A DNA stretch of 64,000 nucleotides from Octopus vulgaris (Eukaryota). The position numbers and the translations under genes were made by a program. Below, piece after piece: positions 27,780 through 38,303 of the stretch. The first letter of the stretch is position 1, and each line of letters begins with the position of its first letter. The notes under the pieces were generated by a model. The model was not told the DNA's origin, did not search any database, and saw nothing but the letters and a program-made list of their open reading frames with translations. Where the stretch lies: positions 15,128,001-15,192,000 of the forward strand of contig OX597822.1 in assembly GCA_951406725.2 (NCBI GenBank), read 5' to 3'.

Positions 27780-28950
27780 GGTGGGGGAGAGAACTCGGAA
27801 AAATGCCTTTGAATGTCGCATCATATCCCTTATTGCATCCCTTGATCAAATTTGCATACATGAGGCTGACAACATCATAAGATTTGAAAGGCAGCTCCTT
27901 GAGCAACAAGCTTTGTCTGATAATCTAGAATACATGGCCAAAGAGGTCGCATCACTCTGCCGCAACATATCATCAGATGAAAGAATGGGCCTATATGAGC
28001 AGAAGACTATGCATGAACATGTTAGTAGAAAGCTCCGTGATGATATTACTATCGATCATCAAAGGGGTTTACTATGGACCAATAGCCAGATTACTACTTC
28101 CCACTTTGAAGGGTATGCGTTTACAATCCAGGAACAGGAAATATCAACCTAATGCACAAAAGGGATAGACCTGCGAAAAAAACTGTAAAAAGTGACAACC
28201 GATGCAGACTTTGTGGAGTTCACACTGAAGATATCACCCACATCATGAGCAGTTGTCAGAAAATGTCATCACGGTTTATCTAGATGACGTTGTCCCTAGG
28301 ATATTCTATAATGAAATCCGTCGGAAGGATAATCCGGAGGACAAAGAAATAAAAACCCACAAGATCTCAATAAAATGTAAGCACAACAGATCTGATATAA
28401 GGATTTGGGATAGAGAAGAGAAACTGTGTACAGTTGTGGAAATTAGCTGCCCAGTGGATGTTAACATAAAGCTGAAGATCAGTGAAAAGGAGAATATCTA
28501 CGCTTAAGTATTGAGAAATCTGCAGTTACTCTATCGAGATTACAAGTTCAGATTTATAGCTGTAATTATTGGGACCCTAGGATATGTAAAACACTGCCTA
28601 AGTACCAAACTTGAGAAATTAGGCTTCTCAAAACTAGAAAAGAGAAAGCTAATTCGAAGATTACGGATCCAATCCATCACTGGAACTGTGGAAATCTGTA
28701 AAACTCTCCAGAAGTTTATCATTTAAATATATTTGAGCATGCCTAGATATGCAACTATATGCCTGAGAATACATATATAAAACATACAAATCTGCACATA
28801 CATACACACATACACACATACATACATATATGCATACACACCTATATACAAACAAACAAAAGTACCTTGTTGCTGATGTTGAAATTCTAACGAAGGAACC
28901 TTATGTCTAGGTTAGAAACCGGTTCTTTCTCTTTTGGTAAGAAACCTAGA
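27780..28950 (+). mobile_element. R4/Dong-like RLE non-LTR retrotransposon 3' portion, degraded
   Basis: HFEGYAFTIQEQEI, CRLC...EDITHIMSSC (CCHC knuckle), HNRSDIRIWDR...VVEISCP...EKENIY (PD-(D/E)xK RLE), IIGTLG. Confidence 0.85.
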
Positions 28951-31011
28951 AATGAACTGAATAATGACATGCATACATACATACAGCATAAATACATGCA
29001 TCCACACGCGTACACGCACATACATACACACATATATGTGTATATATATATGTGTGTGTGTGTGTGTTTGCTTGTGTGTGTGTGTGTGCGCGTGTGTGTG
29101 AGTGTGCGTGTGTATATATTGATGTACGTGTGTGCACTTCGCTGTTGTTGTTGACTTATGAAAGATGAGATGTGACCATCTACTTTTCTAGAATTTCCTA
29201 AGAATGCATTAGCTCGTGTTGTGTACTTATCTGTTATAAAATGGTACAGTGTGATTTGAACCCTATGTTCGCACATTTAGTGTAAGGTCTATCTTCCACG
29301 ATGATTCCTTTCGAATGCAGAAAAGCTTCAGCATTCCTCGATGTCCAAGCAGTAACCTCATATGATGGATTCAATATTTCGTATTCACGAATCATATTTA
29401 ATGCAATAATCTTCACATCGCTACCTTCTCCAGAGAGAGGTTTGTAGTAAGCTATCGAAATATTTACCAATATTACATACATGTGTACCATTAAAATCAA
29501 AAATGTGTGACCCTAAGTGTTCTAGGACACATTTGACTTTCGAGCTGTTAAAATGCTGGGAAATTCGTGTTATCTACTTACACTAAGTATACTGCACTGT
29601 TTTATGTTAAGCTTCTTAGCAATTTCCACCTCGAGTGCTGTTATAGACGGTACTGTTCCATCAACAGAAACAATATCTTATTACGAATGTGGATAAGATA
29701 TTTAGAAAAAAAAGAAAAAGAAGGAAAATTAAGTAAAAGTTGGAATTCTCAAATCAAATATGAGTTCTTCAGAGAAGAAATATTGAATTCTGTTTAATAA
29801 ACAAATGTAGTTTTTCCACATTTTTTAAAATTTGTAAAATAAGACGGAGAAATATTCTATTTTGTAATTTCTGTTTTAGAAACTTATTTAATTTTTGTTC
29901 CAAGTATGAGTAATTACGTTTTATATATGTAGTTGCTTGTGAATACGTTGTACTAAGCTGATATTATCATTTAAAATGATAAATGATATATCTATGGAAT
30001 CCACAATCGATACCATTTGTTTACATTCCTAATGATACAGCAAACCTCTAACGATAATTGCGTGAGTTTCTTTTCAGTCACAAATGGCAACATAGAAGAC
30101 AAAACATTGCTAAAATTGGGAAAGATAATGGAATAGTTAATCATCAATTATGATAACTGTGATATAAACCATTGAGAAAATCCATTAGCCTCTCTGAAAG
30201 TGCATTATAATTCTTTCTATTGAAGAAATCTGGAACCAGTGAGTCGCCATAAGGTTATATCAAAGCAAATACTTGAATACTAGGGGTCGAAAACGTTGAC
30301 CTTACTTTGGATGGTGATTCGATGGAAGGATAAATAGTGGGAACAAAGAAAAATATTTTTGTTAATAGTTAGTTATGAACTGAACGAATGCACATCCAGC
30401 GTTTTGTAGCATACATTACAATCAGATGTAAATCTCTTTTGTCTGTGAGCTGTGTCTGTCTCCACATTAGGGCTATAGTCTAGAAGCAGATGAAAGAAAT
30501 ACATAATGTATCAAATGAAATGAACCAGATTATTATTTTAGTGAGAAACTACAATTACTATAATTCATGTAATTATAGTGAGGAGAATGAACAGAAAAGT
30601 TGCATCTTCTTGATATTGAATGCCAAATATATACACACGTCAAAACAGGGAAAATAATCTTTTGTGAGATGTTTTAATTTATAACATCTTTGTTTATTTT
30701 ATTTACTTATACCAGAAACCGAGTGGACCCAGGAAAATAATTAGTAAGAAATCTACCTCTGAAAACATCTTGGAAGATACTTTTTATTCTGTTACTCAAA
30801 AATTCTTTCTTTGAAAAAGTTCTTCTACTAAATTTCTGTTCAACAAATATACGTGTAGTTACGTAACTGAAATATATTTTCCTGTCCAGATACTAGAATA
30901 GTAGTGTCTCACTTTTGTCAACAATAATAATGAAAATAGTCATCGTAGGCAAATTTATTGCAGAAAAAACAAAAACAAAAGCAGCTTAAATAAAATGACA
31001 GATGTATCCTT

Positions 31012-31414
31012 ATTTCTTTACTGCCCACAAGGGGGTAAACATAGAGGAGAAAAACAAGGGTTTAAGCCGATTACATCGAACCCGGTGCGTAACTGGTACT
31101 TAATTTATCGACCCCGAAAGGATGAAAGGTAAAGTCGACCTCGGCGGAATTTGAACTCAGAACGTAAAGACAGACGAAATACCTATTTCTTTACTACCCA
31201 CAAGCGGCTAAACACAGAAAAAACAAACAAGGACAGACAGACGGATTAAGTCGATTACATCGACCCCAGTGCGTAACTGGTACTTAATTTATCGACCCCG
31301 AAAGGATGAAAGGCAAAGTCGACCTCGGCAGAATTTGAACTCAGAACGTAACGGCAGACGAAATACGGCTACACATTTCACCCGGCGTGCTAACGTTTCT
31401 TCCAGATCGCTGCC
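31012..31414 (-). mobile_element. Dimeric family-A SINE with Tx1-like 3' tail
   Basis: Same two-unit structure and junction as 13702-14110, opposite strand. Confidence 0.85.
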
Positions 31415-32328
31415 TTTGTCTACATCATTCTGAAAGTCTCCAAAAGGACAGATGTATCCGACTATTCGAGAACAGCCAGGAAGCTGGGTATACAATCGCC
31501 AATCAACGTTTAGCATAGATAATTTGGTTGTAGCTTTGAAAGCCCTGTGGGAAATTAAAAGTGACGTATATTAATAAAACAGACAGTTTAACAAATACGC
31601 ATACAGAGAGGAGAATTCACACTTACGCATTACTACAAATGCACACAAAATAACCAAATTGATTAACATAAAGAAGAACTGGAGTTATATTCGTTTGCGT
31701 GACACGAAATATGCGAATACAAAATGACATTTATTATAAGCGTGATTTATGATGAGTCTTTTAAACATGTATGTGGGAAGTGAGCAAAATCCATTTTAGG
31801 TAATGTAAAAATGAGGCAATGAAGCGGGCTAAGTTAATTGAATTTTAAGAAATGAATTTTTTTTTTACCGCGTATTAATTAAAATAAAAATGGTAATGAC
31901 GTATTTTATTTAATATGCTTTATAAATCGATGAGGATGTTTTTTGAAACACAGTAGTTTGAGGGAATGTAGTTAATTATTTCGATAGATTTATGTTTAGG
32001 AGGATAAATCTATTAGACAAAATGTATTACAGCAACATATATATATATTACCAAAATGCTTCTTGCTGAATACACTGTGATTATATGTTTAAGAAAATTT
32101 AAAATCGTTTACCAACTACATTACTAATTGCAACGATATTCAACGTAGGATTACTGGAAATTCTTTGGCTACAAATTGATAAATAGCGTTAAAATTATAT
32201 ACAACGAGGGAAAGTATATTTTAATGTAGGAAAAGTTGCACTAAGCCAAACACACACACATATATATACATGTATATATATGTATATTATACATATGTAC
32301 ACATAGATGTATACGTACACGAGCATTC

Positions 32329-32385
<57 letters not shown>

Positions 32386-32522
32386 TCAATAAATGGTGGG
32401 GTTGTGTTGACCGCACGTGGAGAAATGATAAGTAAGGACATTTTTTTAAAAAAATGCAGAATGCTCAAATGAAAGAAAATTTTAATAAAATGAGAAATTG
32501 ATAAAATATATAAATATATATT

Positions 32523-32563
32523 TATTCAACCGGTTTTCGTCATTGTATGACTTGTCAAGAATA
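32523..32563 (-). ncRNA. Minimal type-I hammerhead-like motif (variant core) in 3' pLTR
   Basis: Minus strand UAUUC UUGACAA GUCAU ACA AUGAC GAAA A CCGG U U GAAUA: stem I UAUUC/GAAUA, stem II GUCAU/AUGAC, palindromic CCGG stem III. Confidence 0.6.
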
Positions 32564-33188
32564 TTTTATGTTTTAAAAAGTTTTTTTAAAAATTAGAAAG
32601 GGGAAAAAAAAGAAAATTGCATTGTTTTTTTGTAAAAGAATAATGATAAAAATGTACAAAAATTAAAAAATAACTTCTCCGATACATTATGAGTTCGTTG
32701 TGTATCTTGAGTTTTATGGTTGTTCACGAAAAAATTACCTTGAGGTGTTAAGATCCAAAGGGATTAAGAGCATGTGTTGTGTTGTTTAATTCAGTATGTT
32801 TGCAGGACAGGAAGTAGTAGTAATTGTGGTTCTTCAGTTCCTGTGTTGTGAGTAAGGGGAGACAACTCTTTTGAGTTCTTCAATAAAACCCAACTTATAA
32901 AATTATCATTTTAGCTTCATTTGCGTTATCTTTTTTATATAATTGCTTGTTAACTTAACTTTCAGATTTTAACACTTTATTTATATTATTTTCTAATTAT
33001 ATAAATCTGCATAGACAATTGCATTTCAAATTGTCATATCATTTATAATAAAAATGATAGTAATAACAACAATAGTAAAAATGATATTTAAAGAATATAA
33101 GTTTTAGCTTGAAGTGATGAATGCATGGTATCTTTATATATTTGTGTTAGTCCATCCATGAAGAGTGAGGTAGAGAAAGGAAGTTTGA

Positions 33189-35490
33189 TCAACGAGGAGT
33201 TTGCATATTAAGTTGTGTTTGGAATTTTTCAATAAAGAGATTCTCCTTGTTAATTCTCTCCTGTGTGGTGATCCCGTCTTTACATTGGTAGAAGGGGAAT
33301 ATATAGAATTTGGGGTTTAAGTCTTTAGCACATGAGTCTAAGTGGTCACTCAGTGGAATTTGTCGGTATTCCGGGAGATTTATTTGTTCTTTATGCACCG
33401 TTACTCGTTTACGTAACGGGAGACTCGTTTGTCCAACATAATTATATTGGCAACCAGCGCATGTGAGAACGTAGATAAGGTTCTCGGAGGAACAGGAGAA
33501 GTTAGTCTTGATTTTAAACTTCGTACCTTGTTTGAAGGTAAATTCAGAGCCTTCAAGTAGAAAGGGGCAGGTACCACAGTTTGAGCGTGCACATTTTTTT
33601 ACTGTTGGGGGTGGATGTGGTGTGTGAAGTTTGGCATTTGTCAAGAGTTTTTTAAAGATTTGTGTTGCCTTTTGCATTTGAGGATTTTGTGTGTATTTAT
33701 AATGTTTTTCATTTTTGGGTCTGTTGACAGTAGACTGAGGTTTTGTATGATTGTGGTGTATGCTTCGATATTTTTGGGGTTGTGGGTGGAAATGTATGGA
33801 AGTATTTTGAGGTTGTGTGTGGTGTTAGGTTGGGTGGTTTTCAGTGTAGTGTTGTCTAGTTCTTTGGCGCGTTTTATTCCATACTCTATAAGGGTGGAGG
33901 GATATTGACGTTGTAATAGTGTTTTGTTGAGGTCTTGAAGGCGTATTTCTCGTGTTTTTGGATCCGAGACAATGGTGCATACCCTTTTAGCTAAATTGAA
34001 AGGGATATTTGTCTTGGTGTGTTTTGGGTGGCATGAACTAAAGAGGAGGTATTGTTGTGAGTCTGTAGGTTTGTGGTAGATGTCTGTTATGATTTGGTTC
34101 TTAGGTGTTTTTATAATTAGGAGATCAAGGAATGGGAGATGATGTTTGCTTAATTCCATAGTGAATTGGATGTTGGGATGTATGTTGTTTAGTATGGTTT
34201 TGAATTCCAGGAGTTTTTCATAAGGTTCTTTCCATATGATGAAACAATCATCTAAATACCTTTTCCAGTTTTCCATTAGGTAGGTGTGGAAAACATGTCC
34301 AAATTTCTGGCTTGATATTTCATAGAGTGACAGTTCGAAGTAACCCATTATGAGGTTCGCAAGGACTGGTGCAGCCTTGGTACCCATCGCAATGTCACAT
34401 TTTTGACGGTAGTGTGTGTCGTCGAAGAGAAAAAAATTGTTTGTCAGAATGAACTTGAGAGATTCTGTAATAAAAGACTTGTTAATGCGGTCAGGGAATG
34501 TCTCTGGGTGTTTTTCTAGCCAGAAGTCAATTGCCTCTATACCATACTCATGTGGGATGTTGGTGTAGAGGTTGATGACATCAAAGGATACCAGGAGTGC
34601 CTCCTCGTTAACTGTTTTCGGGAGGTGTTTGAGCATGTCCAGATCATCCCTAATGAAACTTTTGATGTGGGTAAGGAAAGGTTTCAAAAGGATGTCTAGG
34701 AAGTTACTCAGGCGGTGTGTTTCACAGGAGGTACCAGCCACGATGGGCCTTAGTTTTAGGTCCTCCGGTGCTTTGATGTTGATGTGGATGTCAGTGGAGA
34801 GTTTGCAGGCTTCGGTGAGTATTTGTTTTTATGGATTTTAGGAAGGCCATAAAAAAGGCTGGGCTTGCATTTGAAAATGGTGATATAATCCCTTTCTTTT
34901 TCTGTGAGTCCCTGACCGTGTTGGCGTATGAGTGTGGTGAGGTTTCTGATTGTTTTTTGCTGTTTGTAGTCGTTAATAACCTCATAGAAAATGTTATTGT
35001 TAAGCATGGAAAACACTAGGTGTTTATAAAATTCCGTGTCCATAAGGACCACAGCACTCCCTTTGTCCGCTTCTTTGATGGTGAGGTTTTTATCCGGTTG
35101 TATGTCACGTAGGTTTTCCCATTCTTCCTTACTGAAATTGGATTTTACCTTGGTTTTGCTTGGGGTAAAGGGGAGACTCTGGATGTGTTTGCAGAAATCG
35201 TCCAGTGTTTTATTTCTCCCTTTTGGTGGTAGGAAGTTGCTTTTATTTCTGATCAATGAATCGTCCCCATTGTTGATATCTGTCAAAGCTTCTGTTAGGC
35301 GAAGTTTTCTGCAGAATTCAGAAACGTCATCCTTGGGTGTTCTTGGGGTGGGTGTGAATTTCAAACCTCTTGCTAGGATGTTGATTTGGGTTGGTGTCAG
35401 TGTTTTGCTGGAGAGGTTTATAATTTTTGTTTTCTTATTTTGGGTCTGTGTTAGCGGTGGTGTTTGTATTTTTCCCCTCTGTCTAAAAAA
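33189..35490 (-). pseudogene. PLE ORF2: reverse transcriptase + Cys-rich linker + GIY-YIG endonuclease (two further frame breaks near 34825 and 33650)
   Basis: INLSSKTLT...GLKFTPTP, KEADKGSAVV, FYGLPKIHK, RPIVAG, SFDVINLYTNIP, AMGT, RYLDD, LPFLD, CARSNCGTC, NLIYVLTCAGC..NYVGQT, HL..C. Confidence 0.92.
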
Positions 35491-36944
35491 TGGTTGTTGA
35501 GATAAGGGGTGTATTCTTTGTTAAAGTTCTGGTTGTATGTGTAGGAGTGTTTTTGGGTGGGGAGGTTGGAGGGGGGTAGGTAGTTGTGGTATTTATGTTG
35601 GTATGGGATGCGATGGTGTAAGGTTTTGTGAGAAATGCGATGGGTTTGTGGGTGTGTGTCTGGTAGATTGTATGGGGGGATGTAGGGGGGTATGTAGTTG
35701 TGGTGATTGGGTTCGTGTGGGATGTGAGGGCTTGGAGATCTGTAGGAGATGTGGTAGGAATGTGGTTGTTGGATGGGTGGACTATAGGGGGTTCGTTGGG
35801 TGGGTATTATATGTATCGGTGTGGGTAGGATGCCTTGTTTGTTATTAGTGTGAGGGAGGGGAGCCTTGAGGGGGGGATAATTTCTAGTGTATGGGAGGTT
35901 CTTGAAGGTTCTAATCGGTGGGGGAGGGGTGTTAGACTGATTGGAAAACCAGGTTTTGTGGTGGGTCTTGTTTGAGATGTTTCGGGGGGGAAAAGGTTTT
36001 TTATATGGTTGGGGGAGGTTGTGTCCTGTTAGGAGGGGGTTTGGAGAGTATCTGTATTTGAGGTGCGGTTTGGAATGGTGTTTATGGGGTACAGTGGAAG
36101 TCTGTGTTGTGGGTACTTTTATGAATGGGTTTTTGGATTTATGGTTTAATATGAATTGTGTTTCATAGTTGAGGAAGAAATCTTTGTTGTTTTCCCAGCG
36201 TTTAAGGGAGGTTCGTTCTTCCTTTTCACATTCATCTTTCCATAGTTTAATAACAAGTTCGAGGGGCTGTTCGTTGGTGTGTGAGGTTAGTTCTAGAAGT
36301 ATCTCATCGTCTATTTTTATGTATTTTTGTTCGTGGTTTTGTGCTCTGAGTTTTAGAAGTTCTACTTCAGTTTTCATTTTTTCCAATGTTAGTTTTTCTC
36401 TTAGGGAGCGTTGTTTTTCAGGTTCGTCTGGGATGTGTTTGATTTGGAATTTTCGGGGTAGTATGATAGGGGAGGAGTTTAACCATTTGTCGTAAATTTC
36501 AGCTTTGTTTTGGTTTTTGAGCATGTTCCAGAAGAGAAGTTTTCTGTTGTGTAGTTTCTTAGTCCAAGTAGTGATGATCTGGTTTTTAATGCGTTGTGCT
36601 GGGGTTGAAGTGTGTTCCTTCTGTGTGTTGAGTGTTGTCTGTGGTCTCTTTGGCGTTGAATTGGTAAGTAGAGTTTTCAGTGTGGTGTTGATTTCATTTA
36701 GGTTTACAGCTATCTTATCCGAAAGTAGAGTTTTCAGTGTAGTGTTGATTTCGTTTAGGTTTACATCAATTTTATCCGAAAGTTGTTGATGATGGTTGTT
36801 TTCTGAGTTGTCCCGGGATTGATGGAGAAGTTCGTTAATTTTTTTGGAGAATGTAAGTAGATGTGTATTGAGTACTTTGAGTTCTTTTAGAATGGTCTTA
36901 TTGGTGACTGTCTCTGTAAGAGTGCTCTTGTTTTTCGGAGGCAT
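35451..36944 (-). CDS. PLE ORF1, 497 aa: coiled-coil N-half, Pro/His/Tyr/Asn-rich C-half
   Basis: Intact ATG-to-TAA ORF starting ~30 nt downstream of the 5' pLTR; heptad-like L/I/E/K segments; 19-aa tandem duplication SDKI.VNLNEINTTLKTLL. Confidence 0.85.
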   Translation of the reverse strand: MPPKNKSTLTETVTNKTILKELKVLNTHLLTFSKKINELLHQSRDNSENNHHQQLSDKIDVNLNEINTTLKTLLSDKIAVNLNEINTTLKTLLTNSTPKRPQTTLNTQKEHTSTPAQRIKNQIITTWTKKLHNRKLLFWNMLKNQNKAEIYDKWLNSSPIILPRKFQIKHIPDEPEKQRSLREKLTLEKMKTEVELLKLRAQNHEQKYIKIDDEILLELTSHTNEQPLELVIKLWKDECEKEERTSLKRWENNKDFFLNYETQFILNHKSKNPFIKVPTTQTSTVPHKHHSKPHLKYRYSPNPLLTGHNLPQPYKKPFPPRNISNKTHHKTWFSNQSNTPPPPIRTFKNLPYTRNYPPLKAPLPHTNNKQGILPTPIHIIPTQRTPYSPPIQQPHSYHISYRSPSPHIPHEPNHHNYIPPYIPPYNLPDTHPQTHRISHKTLHHRIPYQHKYHNYLPPSNLPTQKHSYTYNQNFNKEYTPYLNNHFLDRGEKYKHHR

Positions 36945-37109
36945 TCTGAATCACACGTGTGGTAGAGGGTACAGATCAATAAATGGTGGGGTTGTGTTGA
37001 CCGCACGTGGAGAAATAAGTAAGGAAAAATTTTTTTAAAAATGCAGAATGCTCAAATGAAAGAAAATTTTAATAAAATGAGAAATTGATAAAATATATAA
37101 ATATATATT

Positions 37110-37150
37110 TATTCAACCGGTTTTCGTCATTGTATGACTTGTCAAGAATA
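37110..37150 (-). ncRNA. Minimal type-I hammerhead-like motif (variant core) in 5' pLTR
   Basis: Identical sequence to 32523-32563. Confidence 0.6.
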
Positions 37151-37273
37151 TTTATGTTTTCTACCTCACTCTTCATGGATGGACTAACACAAATATATAA
37201 AGATACTCCAATGGGGTAAGTCAAAGACTTTTTTCAAATATTTAAAAAAAAATTAATTAAAAAAAAAATATTT

Positions 37274-37686
37274 GGATCTCTTCCGGTTGAACGGCAGTTT
37301 TTTCTAGCGGTGTCATATGAAATTGTCACCCATAATTATGACCCTGGAATCGATCTATTGCATTTCAATCTCTTTTAGGGTTAGGGTTAGGGGTGGAGGA
37401 AGGGTATCTTTTTTTCTTCACAAATGTAAATAAACCCAATCTCTTTCTTAAACGAGTGACATATTCATACGGCACAGAATGCTTTTTAACTCAATAGACG
37501 TCACCGATTGGTTGACATTGCAGAAATTGAAGAAAAACAACAAATATCTTATAAACTATAGAATTTTCTCAATAAAGCCAAGAGAAAAAGATGTTTTATA
37601 AACACATTCTACCAGTATACGAAGTTTAAAATTTTTTAGTTACCTAGATATTATGTTAAAAACTGCCGTTCAAACCGAAAAGATCC
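37274..37686. mobile_element. MITE with ~28-bp TIRs containing (TTAGGG)3
   Basis: GGATCTCTTCCGGTTGAACGGCAGTTTT ... AAAACTGCCGTTCAAACCGAAAAGATCC; TTAGGG x3 at 37375-37392. Confidence 0.85.
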
Positions 37687-38056
37687 ATTTTATTTTTATT
37701 TTTATTTTTACCTTTACTTTTTTCACATTTGTCTATTGGGATTTTTGGTTGTTTTTGAAATTTTAGCCGTTTATATTTAACATTTTAGTAGGCCGTTCTA
37801 TTTGTATTTTATTCGATTATACACTTTTACCTTTTGCGATCTTATATGTATCATTTTTATGTGTTTGTGAATCATGGTGATTTTTATATATGATTAAATG
37901 CTTGAGGGGTGGCGCTCTTGTATGTAAAGTTGTTGACCCAAATTTAATGTTTCTTCTATAACTTATGCTTCTTTATTTATCTTTGTCTCATTTATATATG
38001 AGCACTTCTTTTGCAGTCCTATAAACCCTATGAGAACAGATTAATATTATTTCTTG

Positions 38057-38109
<53 letters not shown>

Positions 38110-38166
38110 TATACATATAAGTCGATATACAAGATATATTAAATACATTTGATACAAGAAATGTGG

Positions 38167-38290
38167 GATCTTTTCACTTTGACCGGCAGATTTAAAAAAT
38201 GATTTTTTGTAACTAAACACTTTTAAACTTCGAATAGTGGTAGAATGTGTCATATAAAACATCTTATTCTCTTGGCGTTCTTGAGAAAAT
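38167..38290 (-). mobile_element. Partial diverged inverted copy of the 37274-37686 MITE end
   Basis: ggatcttttc...ggcag...gtagaatgtgt...aaaacatct...ctcttggc is the reverse-complement homologue of 37560-37686. Confidence 0.7.
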
Positions 38291-38303
38291 AACATCAGAG
38301 AAG

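Larger units (their letters stand above)
32383..37206 (-). mobile_element. Near full-length Penelope-like retroelement (Neptune-like) with direct pLTRs and a 5' inversion
   Basis: ~190-bp direct repeats 32383-32574 and 36973-37160. 37161-37206 is the reverse complement of 33128-33173. RT + GIY-YIG coding. 3' end abuts (TA)n. Confidence 0.95.

Noticed and set aside
33615-37038. Several plus-strand ORFs of 60-154 aa over the PLE
   Set aside because: Antisense shadows of the A/C-rich minus-strand coding region
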